From contig OZ242374.1 in assembly GCA_965209055.1 (NCBI GenBank), positions 1,664,001-1,728,000 on the forward strand: a DNA stretch of 64,000 bases, given 5' to 3'. The notes under the pieces were generated by a model. That model did not search any database. It was given only the letters and a program-made list of their open reading frames with translations, and was not told the DNA's origin. Position 1 is the first letter of the stretch. Each line of letters starts with the position of its first letter. Positions 20,992-31,737 of the stretch are shown piece by piece. Source of the DNA: Acidobacteriota bacterium (GTDB taxonomy: Bacteria > Acidobacteriota > UBA6911 > RPQK01 > JAJDTT01). The translations under genes were made by a program, and so were the position numbers.

Positions 20992-21987
20992 ATGAGCAAC
21001 GATCGAGCGGACGCCCAAAGAACCGGACGCCGGGAGTTCGTCACCGGGTTGGGGACCGGTCTGCTCGCGGCCGCCGGCGCGCACCTCAAGGGCAAACCCT
21101 CCGGTCAGGGTGGGCCGCTGGCCGACCCCGATTGGACGTACTGCATCTTTTCCAAGCATCTGCAGTGGCTGGACTATCGGGAATTGGGCGTGGCCGTGTC
21201 CCAACTCGGCTTCGACGGAATCGACCTCACCGTCCGCCCCACAGGGCATGTGCTGCCCGAAAAGGTGCGGACGGATCTTCCCGGGGCGGTGTCGGCGGTT
21301 GCGGAATCGGGTGTCACCGTTCCCACGATAACGACAGCCATTACCCGTCCGGATGGACCGGGAACCCGGGAGATCCTGGAGACCGCCAGCGGCCTGGGGA
21401 TCCCGTTCTATCGGCTGGGTTACTATCGCTACCCGGAAGAGAAGGAGATTTCGGAAACGTTGGCGGAGATCAGGAAGAGCCTGACCGGCTTGGCCGATCT
21501 GAATCGAAGGTTCCGGATCTGCGGCGACTATCAAAACCACGCCGGCGCGTCCCATTTTGGAGCGGCGTTGTGGGACCTGCGCGAGGCGCTGGAGGGACTC
21601 CCCAGCCGCTGGCTCGGCTGCCAGTTCGACATTCGCCACGCCACCGTGGAAGGGGGGCTCGCCTGGCCCACCAACTTCAGGGCTCTGGCCGGCCAAATCC
21701 ACACCGTGGTGGTGAAAGACTTCAGGTGGAAGGAGACGTCCGATGGGTGGATGGTGGAAAATTGCCCATTGGGCGAGGGAATGGTTCCCGTCGGCCCCTT
21801 TCTGGCCCTTTTGCTGAAATCGGGATTCGCAGGTCCCATCAGCCTCCACTGCGAATACTCCCTCGGCGGCGCCGAGCGGGGCCGCCGCCGGCTCACCATG
21901 GACCGGGATCGGGTCCTGGAGTCCATCGGGAAGGACCTGGCGACCCTGAAACGGCTGGTTGGCGAGGCAGCGGCTTCAGTGGGCTGA
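20992..21987 (+). CDS. Tat-exported sugar phosphate isomerase/epimerase (TIM barrel)
   Basis: GRREFV Tat motif, GFDGIDLTVR, QNH, DIRH, CPLGEG. Confidence 0.85.
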   Translation: MSNDRADAQRTGRREFVTGLGTGLLAAAGAHLKGKPSGQGGPLADPDWTYCIFSKHLQWLDYRELGVAVSQLGFDGIDLTVRPTGHVLPEKVRTDLPGAVSAVAESGVTVPTITTAITRPDGPGTREILETASGLGIPFYRLGYYRYPEEKEISETLAEIRKSLTGLADLNRRFRICGDYQNHAGASHFGAALWDLREALEGLPSRWLGCQFDIRHATVEGGLAWPTNFRALAGQIHTVVVKDFRWKETSDGWMVENCPLGEGMVPVGPFLALLLKSGFAGPISLHCEYSLGGAERGRRRLTMDRDRVLESIGKDLATLKRLVGEAAASVG

Positions 21988-22138
21988 CGTCCGATCGCAG
22001 GAACCACTGCGGCCGCTCCTGGTTCGCCGGCCTCGCTTCCGCTAAATGGAACTCGCCTCCATTGGCCGTCGTGAAATATTCCGAAGTCCGAAAATCCCAT
22101 TCTTCCTTGAACATCAGAGAAAGCGGGAACCATCCAAG

Positions 22139-23128
22139 ATGAACATCGAGATCCGGGAGATCCAAAAGAAAATCGACGCCGAAAGCGTCCTGGTGGAGCG
22201 AATCCTCGAGGAGGTTTCCAAGGTGATCGTGGGCCAGGAATACATGGTCCGGCGCCTGCTCATCGGGCTCCTCACCAATGGGCATGTGCTGCTGGAGGGA
22301 GTGCCCGGCCTGGCCAAGACCCTGACGGTCAAGACCCTCTCCCAGACCATCGACACCGGGTTTCAACGGGTTCAGTTCACACCCGACCTGCTCCCCGCGG
22401 ATCTCATCGGCACGCTGGTCTACGATCAGAGCGACGGCAGCTTCAAGACCAAGAAGGGACCCCTCTTTTCCAACCTGATTCTGGCCGACGAGATCAATCG
22501 TTCGCCGGCCAAGGTCCAGTCGGCGCTGCTGGAGGCCATGCAGGAGCGGACCGTGACCATCGGCGAGACCACATTTCCCCTGGACGACCCGTTTCTGGTC
22601 CTGGCGACGCAGAATCCCATCGAGCAGGAGGGCACCTACCCCCTTCCGGAGGCACAGGTGGACCGCTTCATGTTGAAGCTGTCGGTGGGGTATCCGTCGC
22701 GCATGGAGGAATTGGAGATCATGCGCCGCATGTCCGGACACTCCGCTCCCGAGGCCGCACCCGTAGTGTCGCCGGAGGAGATCCGCCGCGCCCGGGACGC
22801 GGTGCAGGAAATCTACATGGACGCCAAGATCCAACGGTATATCGTCGACATCGTCTTCGCGACGCGAACTCCCGGCGAGTGCGGCATGGACGAGCTGGTC
22901 GACCTGGTCAATTTCGGCGCTTCTCCCAGGGCCTCCATCTTTCTGGCTCGCGCGGCCCGGGCCCACGCCTTCCTGGACCATCGCGCCTACGTGACACCCG
23001 AAGACGTCCGGGCCATCGGCATGGACGTGCTCAGGCACCGTGTCATTCTGACCTACGAGGCGGAGGCCGAAGAGGTGACCGCCGAGGACGTGGTCCGCAA
23101 GGTCCTGGACAATGTGGAAGTGCCATGA
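22139..23128 (+). CDS. moxR: MoxR family AAA+ ATPase
   Basis: GVPGLAKT, QFTPDLLPAD, ADEINR, ATQNPIEQEGTYPLPEAQ. Confidence 0.93.
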   Translation: MNIEIREIQKKIDAESVLVERILEEVSKVIVGQEYMVRRLLIGLLTNGHVLLEGVPGLAKTLTVKTLSQTIDTGFQRVQFTPDLLPADLIGTLVYDQSDGSFKTKKGPLFSNLILADEINRSPAKVQSALLEAMQERTVTIGETTFPLDDPFLVLATQNPIEQEGTYPLPEAQVDRFMLKLSVGYPSRMEELEIMRRMSGHSAPEAAPVVSPEEIRRARDAVQEIYMDAKIQRYIVDIVFATRTPGECGMDELVDLVNFGASPRASIFLARAARAHAFLDHRAYVTPEDVRAIGMDVLRHRVILTYEAEAEEVTAEDVVRKVLDNVEVP

Positions 23129-23159
23129 CGCGGCTGCGGCCCGGTGAAAATCTGCCCAG

Positions 23160-24041
23160 ATGATTCCACGCGAGATCCTACGCAAGGTGCGCCGTCTCGA
23201 GATCGCTACTCGAGGCTTGGTGAACAACGTCTTTTCGGGTGAATACCATTCGGTGTTCAAGGGACGGGGCATGAGCTTTGCCGAGGTCCGCGAGTATCAG
23301 ATCGGGGACGACGTCCGGACCATCGACTGGAACGTGACGGCCCGGATGGATCGTCCCTACGTCAAGCTGTTCGACGAGGAGAGGGACTTGACGGTGATGC
23401 TCCTGGTAGACGCCAGCCTTTCGGGCGAGTTCGGGTCCGGAGAACGCATGAAGGGAGAGGTCGCCGTCGAAATCTGCGCTCTGCTGGCATTTTCCGCCAT
23501 CAAGAACAACGACAAGGTGGGCCTGATCATCTTCACCGACCAGATCGAGAAATTCGTGCCTCCCCGCAAGGGCCGCTCCCACGTACTCCGGGTCCTTCGG
23601 GAGCTGCTGTATTTCCAGCCCCGGAATCAGGCCACCGACATCGGTCTGGCCCTTGAGTACCTGATGCGGGTCATCCGCAGAAGAAGCATCGTCTTCCTGG
23701 TATCGGACTTCCTCGCGGACGGGTTCCATCGCGGGCTCCGGGTCGCCAACCGGCGGCACGACGTGGTGGCCGTCCGGGTCCGGGACCCCAGGGAGCGGGA
23801 GCTTCCGCGAGTGGGATTCGTCGAGTTCGAGGATGCCGAGACGGGAGAGCAACTGATTCTCAACACCAATGACCCGGAGGTTCGAGAAGCGTTCAAGGCC
23901 CAGGTTCGCGCGGAGGACGAAGAACTCCGGAGCTTTCTCAACTCCATCAGCATCGACAGCATCGAGGTGGATTCGGACCGCAGCTATCTGGAGTTGTTGA
24001 TCCGGTTCTTCCGGACCCGGAGCCGGCGATTGCGGCGATGA
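23160..24041 (+). CDS. DUF58 VWA-like protein
   Basis: FAEVREYQ.GDD.R.IDWNVTAR. Confidence 0.92.
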   Translation: MIPREILRKVRRLEIATRGLVNNVFSGEYHSVFKGRGMSFAEVREYQIGDDVRTIDWNVTARMDRPYVKLFDEERDLTVMLLVDASLSGEFGSGERMKGEVAVEICALLAFSAIKNNDKVGLIIFTDQIEKFVPPRKGRSHVLRVLRELLYFQPRNQATDIGLALEYLMRVIRRRSIVFLVSDFLADGFHRGLRVANRRHDVVAVRVRDPRERELPRVGFVEFEDAETGEQLILNTNDPEVREAFKAQVRAEDEELRSFLNSISIDSIEVDSDRSYLELLIRFFRTRSRRLRR

Positions 24042-25027
24042 GACACAGCATTGTTCCGATCGCGATCCTGATCTTCTGCCTGCCGGCGTTGCCGGGGCAA
24101 TCCCCCGTCCAGTTGGATTCCCGGGTGGATCCGGCACAGGTCACCGTGGGAGATCTGATTCGCCTCACCTTGACGGTGACGGCGGACCCCGGCGTGGAAG
24201 TGGATCTGCCCGAACCGGGCCCCGATATGGGCGAGTTCGAGGTCCTCGGCCATGAGGTCGCGGGTCCGGTCGAGGATGACGGGCACCGGATCTGGACCGT
24301 GGTCTACACTCTGGCTCTCTACAAGACGGGCAGTTTCGAGATTCCTCCGGTGGCGGTGAGCTACCGTGGCGAGGGTGTCCAGGCCGGATCGGTCCGGACC
24401 CAGGAGCATTCGGTTCGGGTCGAGAGCACCCTGTCTGACGATTCCAAGGACATTTTGGACATCAAAGGGCCGCTGGAGATTCCGCGAAGCCTCTGGTCCC
24501 TGTGGCCCTGGTTCGCCGCCGCCCTGGGTCTGGCGGCCCTGATCTTCCTCTATCTTCGCCGGAAAGGGGGTGAGGCCCCGTCGGCGGTCTCGCGGAAACC
24601 CCGGCTCTCGCCGTATGATGAAGCCTATCGGGCGCTCCGCCGGCTCCGGGACTCGGGACTGCTGGAGGAGGGTCAGCTGAAGCCGTATTTCACCCGGCTC
24701 TCGGAGATCATCCGCCGCTACCTGGAACGGCGGTATCTGATTCAGGCCATGGAGTCGACGACCACGCAGCTCCTGGACCAATTGAGGAAGATGTCTCTCG
24801 CCCTGGATGAGTTGAAACTGTTTCGGGACTTCTTCCCCTGCTGCGACTTGGTCAAATTCGCCAAATACGCCCCTCCGGTTCCGGAGCAGGAGCGGGTCAC
24901 AGAATTGGCTTTCCGAATTCTGGAAGTGACCCGCCCCACGGAACCGGTTTTGCCTGCTACCGTGGAGTCCACGCCCGAAACCGCGGGACATCAGCGACGG
25001 GATCGCCGCCGCCACGGACAAGATTGA
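24038..25027 (+). CDS. Bat-operon membrane-anchored protein (BatD-like Ig domain)
   Basis: signal peptide, DIKGPL + TM, LSEIIRRYLE, CDLVKFAK. Confidence 0.8.
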   Translation: MRHSIVPIAILIFCLPALPGQSPVQLDSRVDPAQVTVGDLIRLTLTVTADPGVEVDLPEPGPDMGEFEVLGHEVAGPVEDDGHRIWTVVYTLALYKTGSFEIPPVAVSYRGEGVQAGSVRTQEHSVRVESTLSDDSKDILDIKGPLEIPRSLWSLWPWFAAALGLAALIFLYLRRKGGEAPSAVSRKPRLSPYDEAYRALRRLRDSGLLEEGQLKPYFTRLSEIIRRYLERRYLIQAMESTTTQLLDQLRKMSLALDELKLFRDFFPCCDLVKFAKYAPPVPEQERVTELAFRILEVTRPTEPVLPATVESTPETAGHQRRDRRRHGQD

Positions 25028-25037
25028 GGAGGTCATC

Positions 25038-25358
25038 ATGGTTGCTATTCCGCCGATTCTGGTTGGGGCCCTGGTCGACGCTGTCGTCACGGGAGTTTCG
25101 AAAGTCCTTGACTCGCGCCTGAACCGAGGCGCAGAGCCCGGCATCGGTGCGGACGAGGTGCGCCAAGGCGTCGAAGCGGCCACGATGACCCTGAACGCCG
25201 AGTTGTTTCAAATCCGGGCGGCCATCGCGTCTCGTCCCACGACCGAAGACCTGGAATCGACCATTCGCGATCTGGAAACGCGGATTTATCGAGCCCTGGT
25301 GGTGCAGGCCGTCGGCATTGCGGGCGTGGTTGCCGGTCTTCTCTGGTTCCTCGGATGA
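25038..25358 (+). CDS. small coiled-coil membrane protein (DUF1640-like tail)
   Basis: GAGGAGG RBS; TTEDLESTIRDLETRI followed by C-terminal TM. Confidence 0.6.
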   Translation: MVAIPPILVGALVDAVVTGVSKVLDSRLNRGAEPGIGADEVRQGVEAATMTLNAELFQIRAAIASRPTTEDLESTIRDLETRIYRALVVQAVGIAGVVAGLLWFLG

Positions 25359-25426
25359 GGATTGTGTCCGGGATTGAGGCCACGCAGATTCGGGACCTCC
25401 GCTCTGATGCTGTTTTGCCCTGAGAA

Positions 25427-26425
25427 TTGACCATGTCGTACCGTTTCGCGGATCCTTGGTTTCTCAGCCTGCTGGTGATCCTTCCCCTGATCCTGTTCTG
25501 GATCCTGAGCCGGGGACGCCGCCGGAACTCCAGCCTGCGGTTTCCGCATGTGGGCTCTCTCAGGAAGGCGTACAAGCCCATGGCGTCCCGTTCCCGCCAT
25601 TTCCTCTTCGCCGTTCGGTTGGTTGCCCTGGGGCTTCTGGTTCTCGCGGCGGCGAGGCCCCAGAGCGGCGCCACGCGTGAGGAGGTCACGGCGGAGGGGA
25701 TCGACATCGTTCTGGCCCTGGACCTGTCCAGCTCCATGCTGGCCCAGGACATCGAGCCCGACCGGATCGAAGCGGCGAAGCAGGTCGCCGCCGACTTCGT
25801 CCGGCGCCGGACCAACGACCGGATCGGACTGGTGGTCTTCGCCAGCCACGGGTTCGTCCAGTGCCCGCTGACCCTGGACTACGGGATCCTCCTGGATTTT
25901 CTGGACGAGTTGAAGGTGGGCCTGCTGGACGACGGGACCGCCCTGGGCATGGGCATCGCCACCGCGGTCGGGCGTCTCAAGGAGAGTGAAGCCGAATCGA
26001 AGGTGTTGATCCTGCTCACCGACGGCCGCAACAATGCGGGAGAAATCGACCCTGCCACCGCGTCCCAGATGGCGCAGGCCTTCGGAATCCGCATCTACTC
26101 CATCGGTGCCGGAACCCGTGGCGTGGCGCCCTATCCGGTGGACGACCCGGTCTTCGGCCGCCGCCAGACCCGGATTCGAGTCGACATCGACGAAGAGGCG
26201 CTTCGACAAGCCGCCGAGGTGACGGGCGGGCGGTATTTTCGGGCGACGGATCGCGAGAGCCTGGAGCAGATCTACCGCGAGATCGACGAGTTGGAAAAGA
26301 GCGAGATCAAGGTGAATCAATATACCCAATACGGAGAGCTGTTCCCTTATCCGCTGGCCCTGGCGGTCGTGCTTCTGTTGGGCGAGGTGGGACTCTCCGG
26401 AACCTGGTTTCGCAAGGTGCCGTGA
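25427..26425 (+). CDS. batA: VWA protein BatA
   Basis: DLSSSM MIDAS, QCPLTLD, LLTDGRNNAG. Confidence 0.85.
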   Translation: MTMSYRFADPWFLSLLVILPLILFWILSRGRRRNSSLRFPHVGSLRKAYKPMASRSRHFLFAVRLVALGLLVLAAARPQSGATREEVTAEGIDIVLALDLSSSMLAQDIEPDRIEAAKQVAADFVRRRTNDRIGLVVFASHGFVQCPLTLDYGILLDFLDELKVGLLDDGTALGMGIATAVGRLKESEAESKVLILLTDGRNNAGEIDPATASQMAQAFGIRIYSIGAGTRGVAPYPVDDPVFGRRQTRIRVDIDEEALRQAAEVTGGRYFRATDRESLEQIYREIDELEKSEIKVNQYTQYGELFPYPLALAVVLLLGEVGLSGTWFRKVP

Positions 26426-26452
26426 AACCAGACAGGGCAGAGGGAAGGGATC

Positions 26453-27484
26453 TTGTTTCGATTCGGTGAGCCACAGTTGCTGTATCTGCTGGTCCTGTTG
26501 CCGCTGCTGTTCGCCTTTCTGTTCTGGGTGATCCGGCGGAAGCGGCGCGCGGTCCAGGTTCTGGTGGGGCCCCACATGGCGTCCCGGCTCACCGGGAACT
26601 CCAGCAGCCGGCGCCAGTGGTTCAAAGGGCTCATGGTGGTGGCGGCCGTCGGCCTGCTGTTGGGCGGTCTGGCGCGGCCCCAGTTCGGGACCCGCCTGGA
26701 GACGGTGGCAAGAGAGGGGCAGGACCTGGTGGTGGTCCTGGATCTGTCCGCCTCCATGCTGGCCCGGGACATCCAGCCGAGCCGCCTGGAAAAGGCCAGG
26801 CACGCCATCGGAACGCTCATCGGCCTGCTGGAGGGGGACCGCATCGGGATCGTGGGGTTCGCCGGGGAGGCTTTTGTCCAATGTCCCCTGACCCTCGACT
26901 ACGGGGCGGCCAGAACCCTGCTGGCCTCCATGGGACCGGCGTCGATTCCGGTGCCGGGAACGGCGTTGGGTGAAGCCCTGCGCAAGGGGTTGGAGCTCTT
27001 CTCGGCCGAGGAGAAGAAGCACAAGGTAATGGTTCTGATCACCGACGGAGAAGACCATTTGGGTCGGCCCCTGGAGGTGGCGCGGGAAGCGGCCGGCCAG
27101 GGAGTGGTCATCCACGCCGTCGGAATCGGGTCGATGCAGGGCACTCCCATACCGGTTTTCGATTCGGAAGGCCGGTCCCAAGGTTTCAAGAAAGACAGGT
27201 CCGGCGAAGTCGTGATGACACGGCTGGACGAGAGCACGCTTCGCGAAGTGGCGGAGGAGACGGGTGGCGCCTATCGGAGGGCCTCCCCCGGCGAGTCGGA
27301 ATTGGAGGGGATCTACGGGAAGGTGGCGGCCTTGGAAAAGAAGCAGCTCGCCTCCATCCAGGTGGCCCAATACGAGGAGCGGTTTCAGATCCCTGTACTG
27401 TTGGGTCTGATACTGCTGCTGGCCGACCTCCTGTTGGCCGAGCGGCGGCGCGTCGACAGAGTCTGGAAGGGACGTTTTCGGTGA
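26453..27484 (+). CDS. batB: VWA protein BatB
   Basis: DLSASM, QPSRLEKA, ITDGEDH. Confidence 0.85.
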   Translation: MFRFGEPQLLYLLVLLPLLFAFLFWVIRRKRRAVQVLVGPHMASRLTGNSSSRRQWFKGLMVVAAVGLLLGGLARPQFGTRLETVAREGQDLVVVLDLSASMLARDIQPSRLEKARHAIGTLIGLLEGDRIGIVGFAGEAFVQCPLTLDYGAARTLLASMGPASIPVPGTALGEALRKGLELFSAEEKKHKVMVLITDGEDHLGRPLEVAREAAGQGVVIHAVGIGSMQGTPIPVFDSEGRSQGFKKDRSGEVVMTRLDESTLREVAEETGGAYRRASPGESELEGIYGKVAALEKKQLASIQVAQYEERFQIPVLLGLILLLADLLLAERRRVDRVWKGRFR

Positions 27485-28359
27485 TGGGCTTTCGGCGCCT
27501 GTTCGTGGGACTGTTGTTGGCGGGACTGCTGTCCGGCTCCCAGCCTCTCTGGAGCCAGGCCGGCAGGGAGAAAGTTCTGGAGGGGAACCGGAACTACTCG
27601 GAGGGAGCCTACGACAAGGCTCTGGAACTGTACCGGGAGGCTCTGGAAGAGAACCCGGATTCCCCGGCCATCCGTTTCAATCTGGGCGATGCGCAATTCA
27701 AGAAGGAAGAGATGGAGGATGCCGCCGATTCTTTCTCCAGAGCGCTGCAGACGGAGGATCCCGGGATCAAGTCGCGGGCCCAGTACAATTTGGGCAACTC
27801 GCTCTATCGCCAGGGAAAGTTCCAGGAGAGCCTGAACGCCTACCGGGAGGCGCTGAAGGCGGCGCCCGGCGACCGGGATGCCAAGCACAATCTGGAATTC
27901 GTGCTCAAGCAGTTGCAGGAGCAGCAACAGCAGCAAGAGAACCAGGACCAGCAGGGCGAAGGGGAACAGGACCAGGACAAGAACCAGGACGAGAGCCGGT
28001 CCGGCAACGAGGATCAATCGCAGCAGGGTCGGCAGGACCAGCCGGAAGAGCAGGAGGGCTCGGACCAGCAGGACGAGGAGCAACAGTCCCAGGCCCGGAA
28101 TGACCGGCAGGATTCCGGAAATCCTGAACAGCGCCCGGGAGACCAGCAGGAAAACAGGAACGAAGAGTCTCGCGCCTCCGGCAGCCGGCAAGAGGAGTCT
28201 TCCCGGGAGGGTCAGGCCCAAGCCTCTCCCCAAGGCGCTCAACCCATGTCTCGCGAGGAGGCCGAGCGCCTGCTGGAGGCTCTGGCACAGGCCCAGGCGG
28301 GAGTCAGGAAGAAGCTCGAAATGCGCCGGGGAACCGCGAAGGTCGAGAAGGACTGGTGA
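27481..28359 (+). CDS. batC: TPR protein BatC
   Basis: YNLGNSLY TPRs, Q/E/D-rich linker, C-terminal KDW. Confidence 0.85.
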   Translation: MMGFRRLFVGLLLAGLLSGSQPLWSQAGREKVLEGNRNYSEGAYDKALELYREALEENPDSPAIRFNLGDAQFKKEEMEDAADSFSRALQTEDPGIKSRAQYNLGNSLYRQGKFQESLNAYREALKAAPGDRDAKHNLEFVLKQLQEQQQQQENQDQQGEGEQDQDKNQDESRSGNEDQSQQGRQDQPEEQEGSDQQDEEQQSQARNDRQDSGNPEQRPGDQQENRNEESRASGSRQEESSREGQAQASPQGAQPMSREEAERLLEALAQAQAGVRKKLEMRRGTAKVEKDW

Positions 28360-30209
28360 GAAAGTTCCGGGGAACAGTTCTGGCGGCGGTCCTGCTTACC
28401 GGACCGGTGGGCGGCCAGGACCCGGCCGTCCGCGCATTTCTGGACCGGACCTCCGTCGCCAGGGGACAGCAGTTTACGCTGACGGTGGAGGTTTCGGGCA
28501 AAGGAGCCTCCGGCGCCGGAGAACCCCGCTTGCCCCCCATGGAGGAGTTCGCCGCGTTCTTGGGACGGAGGATCTCGCAGCAGTATCGGCTGGTGAATGG
28601 ACGCATGTCCACGTCCCGGACCTTCATTTTCCATTTTCGGGCGACCCGGGAGGGCGAGTTCGAGATCGGCGCGGTCCAAGTGCGGTTGGACGGCAACATT
28701 CACAAGTCCACTCCCCTTCGGATTCAAGTCGGCAGTGGGGGAAGGCCGGTTCCCACTCCTCCCCGCGGAGGCCGGCCGGCCGATACGGCATCGCCAGCGG
28801 ATCTCTTCGTGCGGGCAACCGCCGACCGGGAACGTGTCTACCGGAATCAGGCGTTGGTGGTGACCTACAAGATCTATACGGGTGTCAGGATTTCCTCATA
28901 CGGAATCTCCAAGCAGCCGGAGACGGCCGGGTTCTGGGTGGAGGACTATCCGCAGCCCCGGCAGCCCCAAACCGAGGGCGAGGTGATCGGCGGACGGCGC
29001 TACACGGTGGCTCAGATCAAGAAGATGGTGCTGTTCCCCACCGGTGCGGGGGAGAAGGAGATCGGTCCCCTGGTTCTGGAATGCCGGGTGCAGACCCGAG
29101 GCGGCTCATGGGACCCCTTCGGCTCCCGGGATCCCTTCCGGGGCTTTTTCTCCAGTGACATCTTTGGCCGCGAAGTGACCCGCCAGGTCGCCTCCAATCC
29201 GCTTCGGGTGCAGATCCTGCCCTTGCCCCAGGAGGGCAGGCCCCGGGAGTTCCAGGGCGCCGTCGGAGATTTCTCCATTTCCGGTCAATTGGACAAGTCG
29301 GAGGTCAAGGCCAACGAGGCCTTGAGTTTCAAGGTTCGGATCTCCGGCAACGGCAACCTGGCCGGACTGAGCGAACCCCGGATTGAGTTTCCTTCCAGCT
29401 TCGAAGTCTACCCGCCGAAGATGGAGCAGCAGATCCGCCGGGACCCGGGCGGGATCTCCGGAGAGAAGACCTTCGAGTACGTGCTCATTCCACGCCGCCC
29501 CGGTCCGGTGCAGTTGGGACCGGTGCAGATGGCCTACTTCGATCCGGCCTCGGATGCCTATCGCATCAGCCGCGCTCCCGAGTTGTCCGTCAACGTAACG
29601 CCGGGCGATCAACTGGCGGAAGCGGCGAAAGCGGGGCTCTCCCGCCAGGAGGTGAAGCTGCTGGCGCAGGATATCCGGTTTATCAAGATCGGGTCCGGGC
29701 CGTTTCACAAGATCGGGGATTCGATTCTGACGGTCACCGGGTTCTGGATTCCCTTTTCCTTGCCGCTTCTGTGTCTTCTGGGCGCCGTCGGTTACCGGCG
29801 GCACCAGATGCGGCTCAAGGGAGACGTAGCCTACGCGCGGGCCAGGCGGGCTCGGCGAGTCTCCAGGAAACGACTTGCTCAGGCCCAGTCCTATCTGGAC
29901 GGGGGGGCCGAGCAGGAGTTCTATCCGGCCGTGGGACAGGCGCTCATGGGCTATCTTGCCGACAAGCTCAACGTCGCCCAGGCCGGAATGGTCAGTCAGG
30001 AGGTCAAGGACTCCTTGCGGGCCATGGGAGTCTCGGAAGAATCTCTCTCTCGCTATTTCGATTGTCTCCAAATCTGCGACCTGAAGCAGTTCGCGCCCTC
30101 TTCCTCCGGCCGGGAGGAAATGCGGGACCTGATGGCCGGAGCCCGTGAGGCCGTGACCCGGATGGAGCAGGAGCTTGCGTCAGGGCCGGAAGGGAGGTCT
30201 GCTCAATGA
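28356..30209 (+). CDS. batD: BatD family protein
   Basis: GAVGDF, GNGNL, KTFEY.LIP, QDIRFIK. Confidence 0.85.
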   Translation: MRKFRGTVLAAVLLTGPVGGQDPAVRAFLDRTSVARGQQFTLTVEVSGKGASGAGEPRLPPMEEFAAFLGRRISQQYRLVNGRMSTSRTFIFHFRATREGEFEIGAVQVRLDGNIHKSTPLRIQVGSGGRPVPTPPRGGRPADTASPADLFVRATADRERVYRNQALVVTYKIYTGVRISSYGISKQPETAGFWVEDYPQPRQPQTEGEVIGGRRYTVAQIKKMVLFPTGAGEKEIGPLVLECRVQTRGGSWDPFGSRDPFRGFFSSDIFGREVTRQVASNPLRVQILPLPQEGRPREFQGAVGDFSISGQLDKSEVKANEALSFKVRISGNGNLAGLSEPRIEFPSSFEVYPPKMEQQIRRDPGGISGEKTFEYVLIPRRPGPVQLGPVQMAYFDPASDAYRISRAPELSVNVTPGDQLAEAAKAGLSRQEVKLLAQDIRFIKIGSGPFHKIGDSILTVTGFWIPFSLPLLCLLGAVGYRRHQMRLKGDVAYARARRARRVSRKRLAQAQSYLDGGAEQEFYPAVGQALMGYLADKLNVAQAGMVSQEVKDSLRAMGVSEESLSRYFDCLQICDLKQFAPSSSGREEMRDLMAGAREAVTRMEQELASGPEGRSAQ

Positions 30210-30967
30210 AACCGGGGGCAGCCGCTCTGCTCTTCCTGATTCTGGTTGCCGCTCCGCTTCGCGGAGACTCCAGCGAGGGGCTCTTTCTACAGGGGAATCG
30301 TCACTACGAGGCCGGCGACTACCGGAAGGCCTTGGAGAGCTACGCCGCCATCGCCGCCATGGGTTACGAGTCGGGTCCACTCTATTTCAACATGGGGAAT
30401 TGCTACTACAAGTTGGGCGAGACGGGGCCGGCCATTCTTCACTACGAACGAGCGTCTCGGCTGATCCCCGGAGACGAGGACCTGGAGGTCAACCTGTCGC
30501 TGGCCCGGCTCAAGGTGGTCGACCGGATTCCGGAACTGCCCCGTTTCCGGCCTCTGGTGCTCCTGGAACGCCTCGTGTTCTACTTTCCGCGCGACGCTCT
30601 ATGGATCCTGATGTGGAGTTCCTACGCCGTCGCGGCGGCGGCCTGGATCCTCAGGCTTCTGTGGAGTCGCGGCCGCAAGGTTGCCGGCAAGATCGTGTGG
30701 ATCGGATCCATGATGCTGATCGTGTCCGCCTCCTGCCTTGTGGGTCAGGTCCGCCAGGAGAGAGAATCCACCGAGGCCATCATCCTGGCCAAGGAGGTTA
30801 GAGCCGTGAGTGCTCCGGGAGAAGAGGGCATCCAGGTCTTCACGCTCCACGAGGGAACCAAAGTACGAATGCAGGAAGTCTCGGGATCGTGGGTCGAGGT
30901 CCTGCTGGCCGACGGTAACGTGGGATGGCTCAAGGCCGACTCCATGGCCAGGATTGCACAACCATGA
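30206..30967 (+). CDS. batE: TPR/SH3 protein BatE
   Basis: YFNMGNCYYK, LHEGTKV, GNVGWL. Confidence 0.85.
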   Translation: MKPGAAALLFLILVAAPLRGDSSEGLFLQGNRHYEAGDYRKALESYAAIAAMGYESGPLYFNMGNCYYKLGETGPAILHYERASRLIPGDEDLEVNLSLARLKVVDRIPELPRFRPLVLLERLVFYFPRDALWILMWSSYAVAAAAWILRLLWSRGRKVAGKIVWIGSMMLIVSASCLVGQVRQERESTEAIILAKEVRAVSAPGEEGIQVFTLHEGTKVRMQEVSGSWVEVLLADGNVGWLKADSMARIAQP

Positions 30968-31737
30968 GATCAAGGAGCGGAAAAGCATTGGTGTGGGCGC
31001 TGGGTGCGGCGCTCCTGATTACAGGAACCGTGCTAGGCGCCCTCCGGCAGCAGGAGAAACCCGTCCACCTCATCCAGGCTGCCGAACGGGGAGACGTGAA
31101 CACGGTGAAATACCTGCTGGACCTCGGCGTGGACGTCAACGGGAGGGACGAGCAGGGGACCACGGCTCTGACGGCCGCCGCCTGGGAGGGGCAGAGCGAA
31201 GTGGTCAAGATCCTTTTGGAGCGAGGGTCCGAGATCGATCCGCAGGATGAGCTGGCTGGGATGACGCCACTCATCTGGGCCTGCTGGAAGGGATATGGAG
31301 ACACCGTGGGGGTTCTTCTGGAAGCCGGAGCCGACGTGAACCTCAAGGACAAGAACGACCGCGGCGGGCTCATGGGGGCGGCCTGGGAGGGTCGCACCCA
31401 AATCATCGGCATGTTGGTTGCCGCCGGTGCCCAGTTGGAGTCGCGCGATTACACCGGCGCCACCGCCCTGATGTGGGCCGCGTGGAACGGCCGCCTGGAG
31501 ACCACACAAGCGCTGCTGGCGGCCGGCGCCGCCATTGACGCCCGCGAGAACGAAGGAAAGACCGCGCTCATCGGCGCAGCGACGGATGGCCACCTTCCGG
31601 TGGTCCGGGCGCTGGTGAACGCGGGAGCTCGACTGGACCTCAAGGACCAGAAGGGTCTCACCGCCCTTTCGGCGGCCGCCTCAAATCGCCACACCGAAGT
31701 CGTCCGCTATCTGCAGGAGGCCGGCGCCGCCAAGTAG
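30964..31737 (+). CDS. secreted ankyrin-repeat protein
   Basis: signal peptide plus about 7 ankyrin repeats. Confidence 0.9.
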   Translation: MRSRSGKALVWALGAALLITGTVLGALRQQEKPVHLIQAAERGDVNTVKYLLDLGVDVNGRDEQGTTALTAAAWEGQSEVVKILLERGSEIDPQDELAGMTPLIWACWKGYGDTVGVLLEAGADVNLKDKNDRGGLMGAAWEGRTQIIGMLVAAGAQLESRDYTGATALMWAAWNGRLETTQALLAAGAAIDARENEGKTALIGAATDGHLPVVRALVNAGARLDLKDQKGLTALSAAASNRHTEVVRYLQEAGAAK

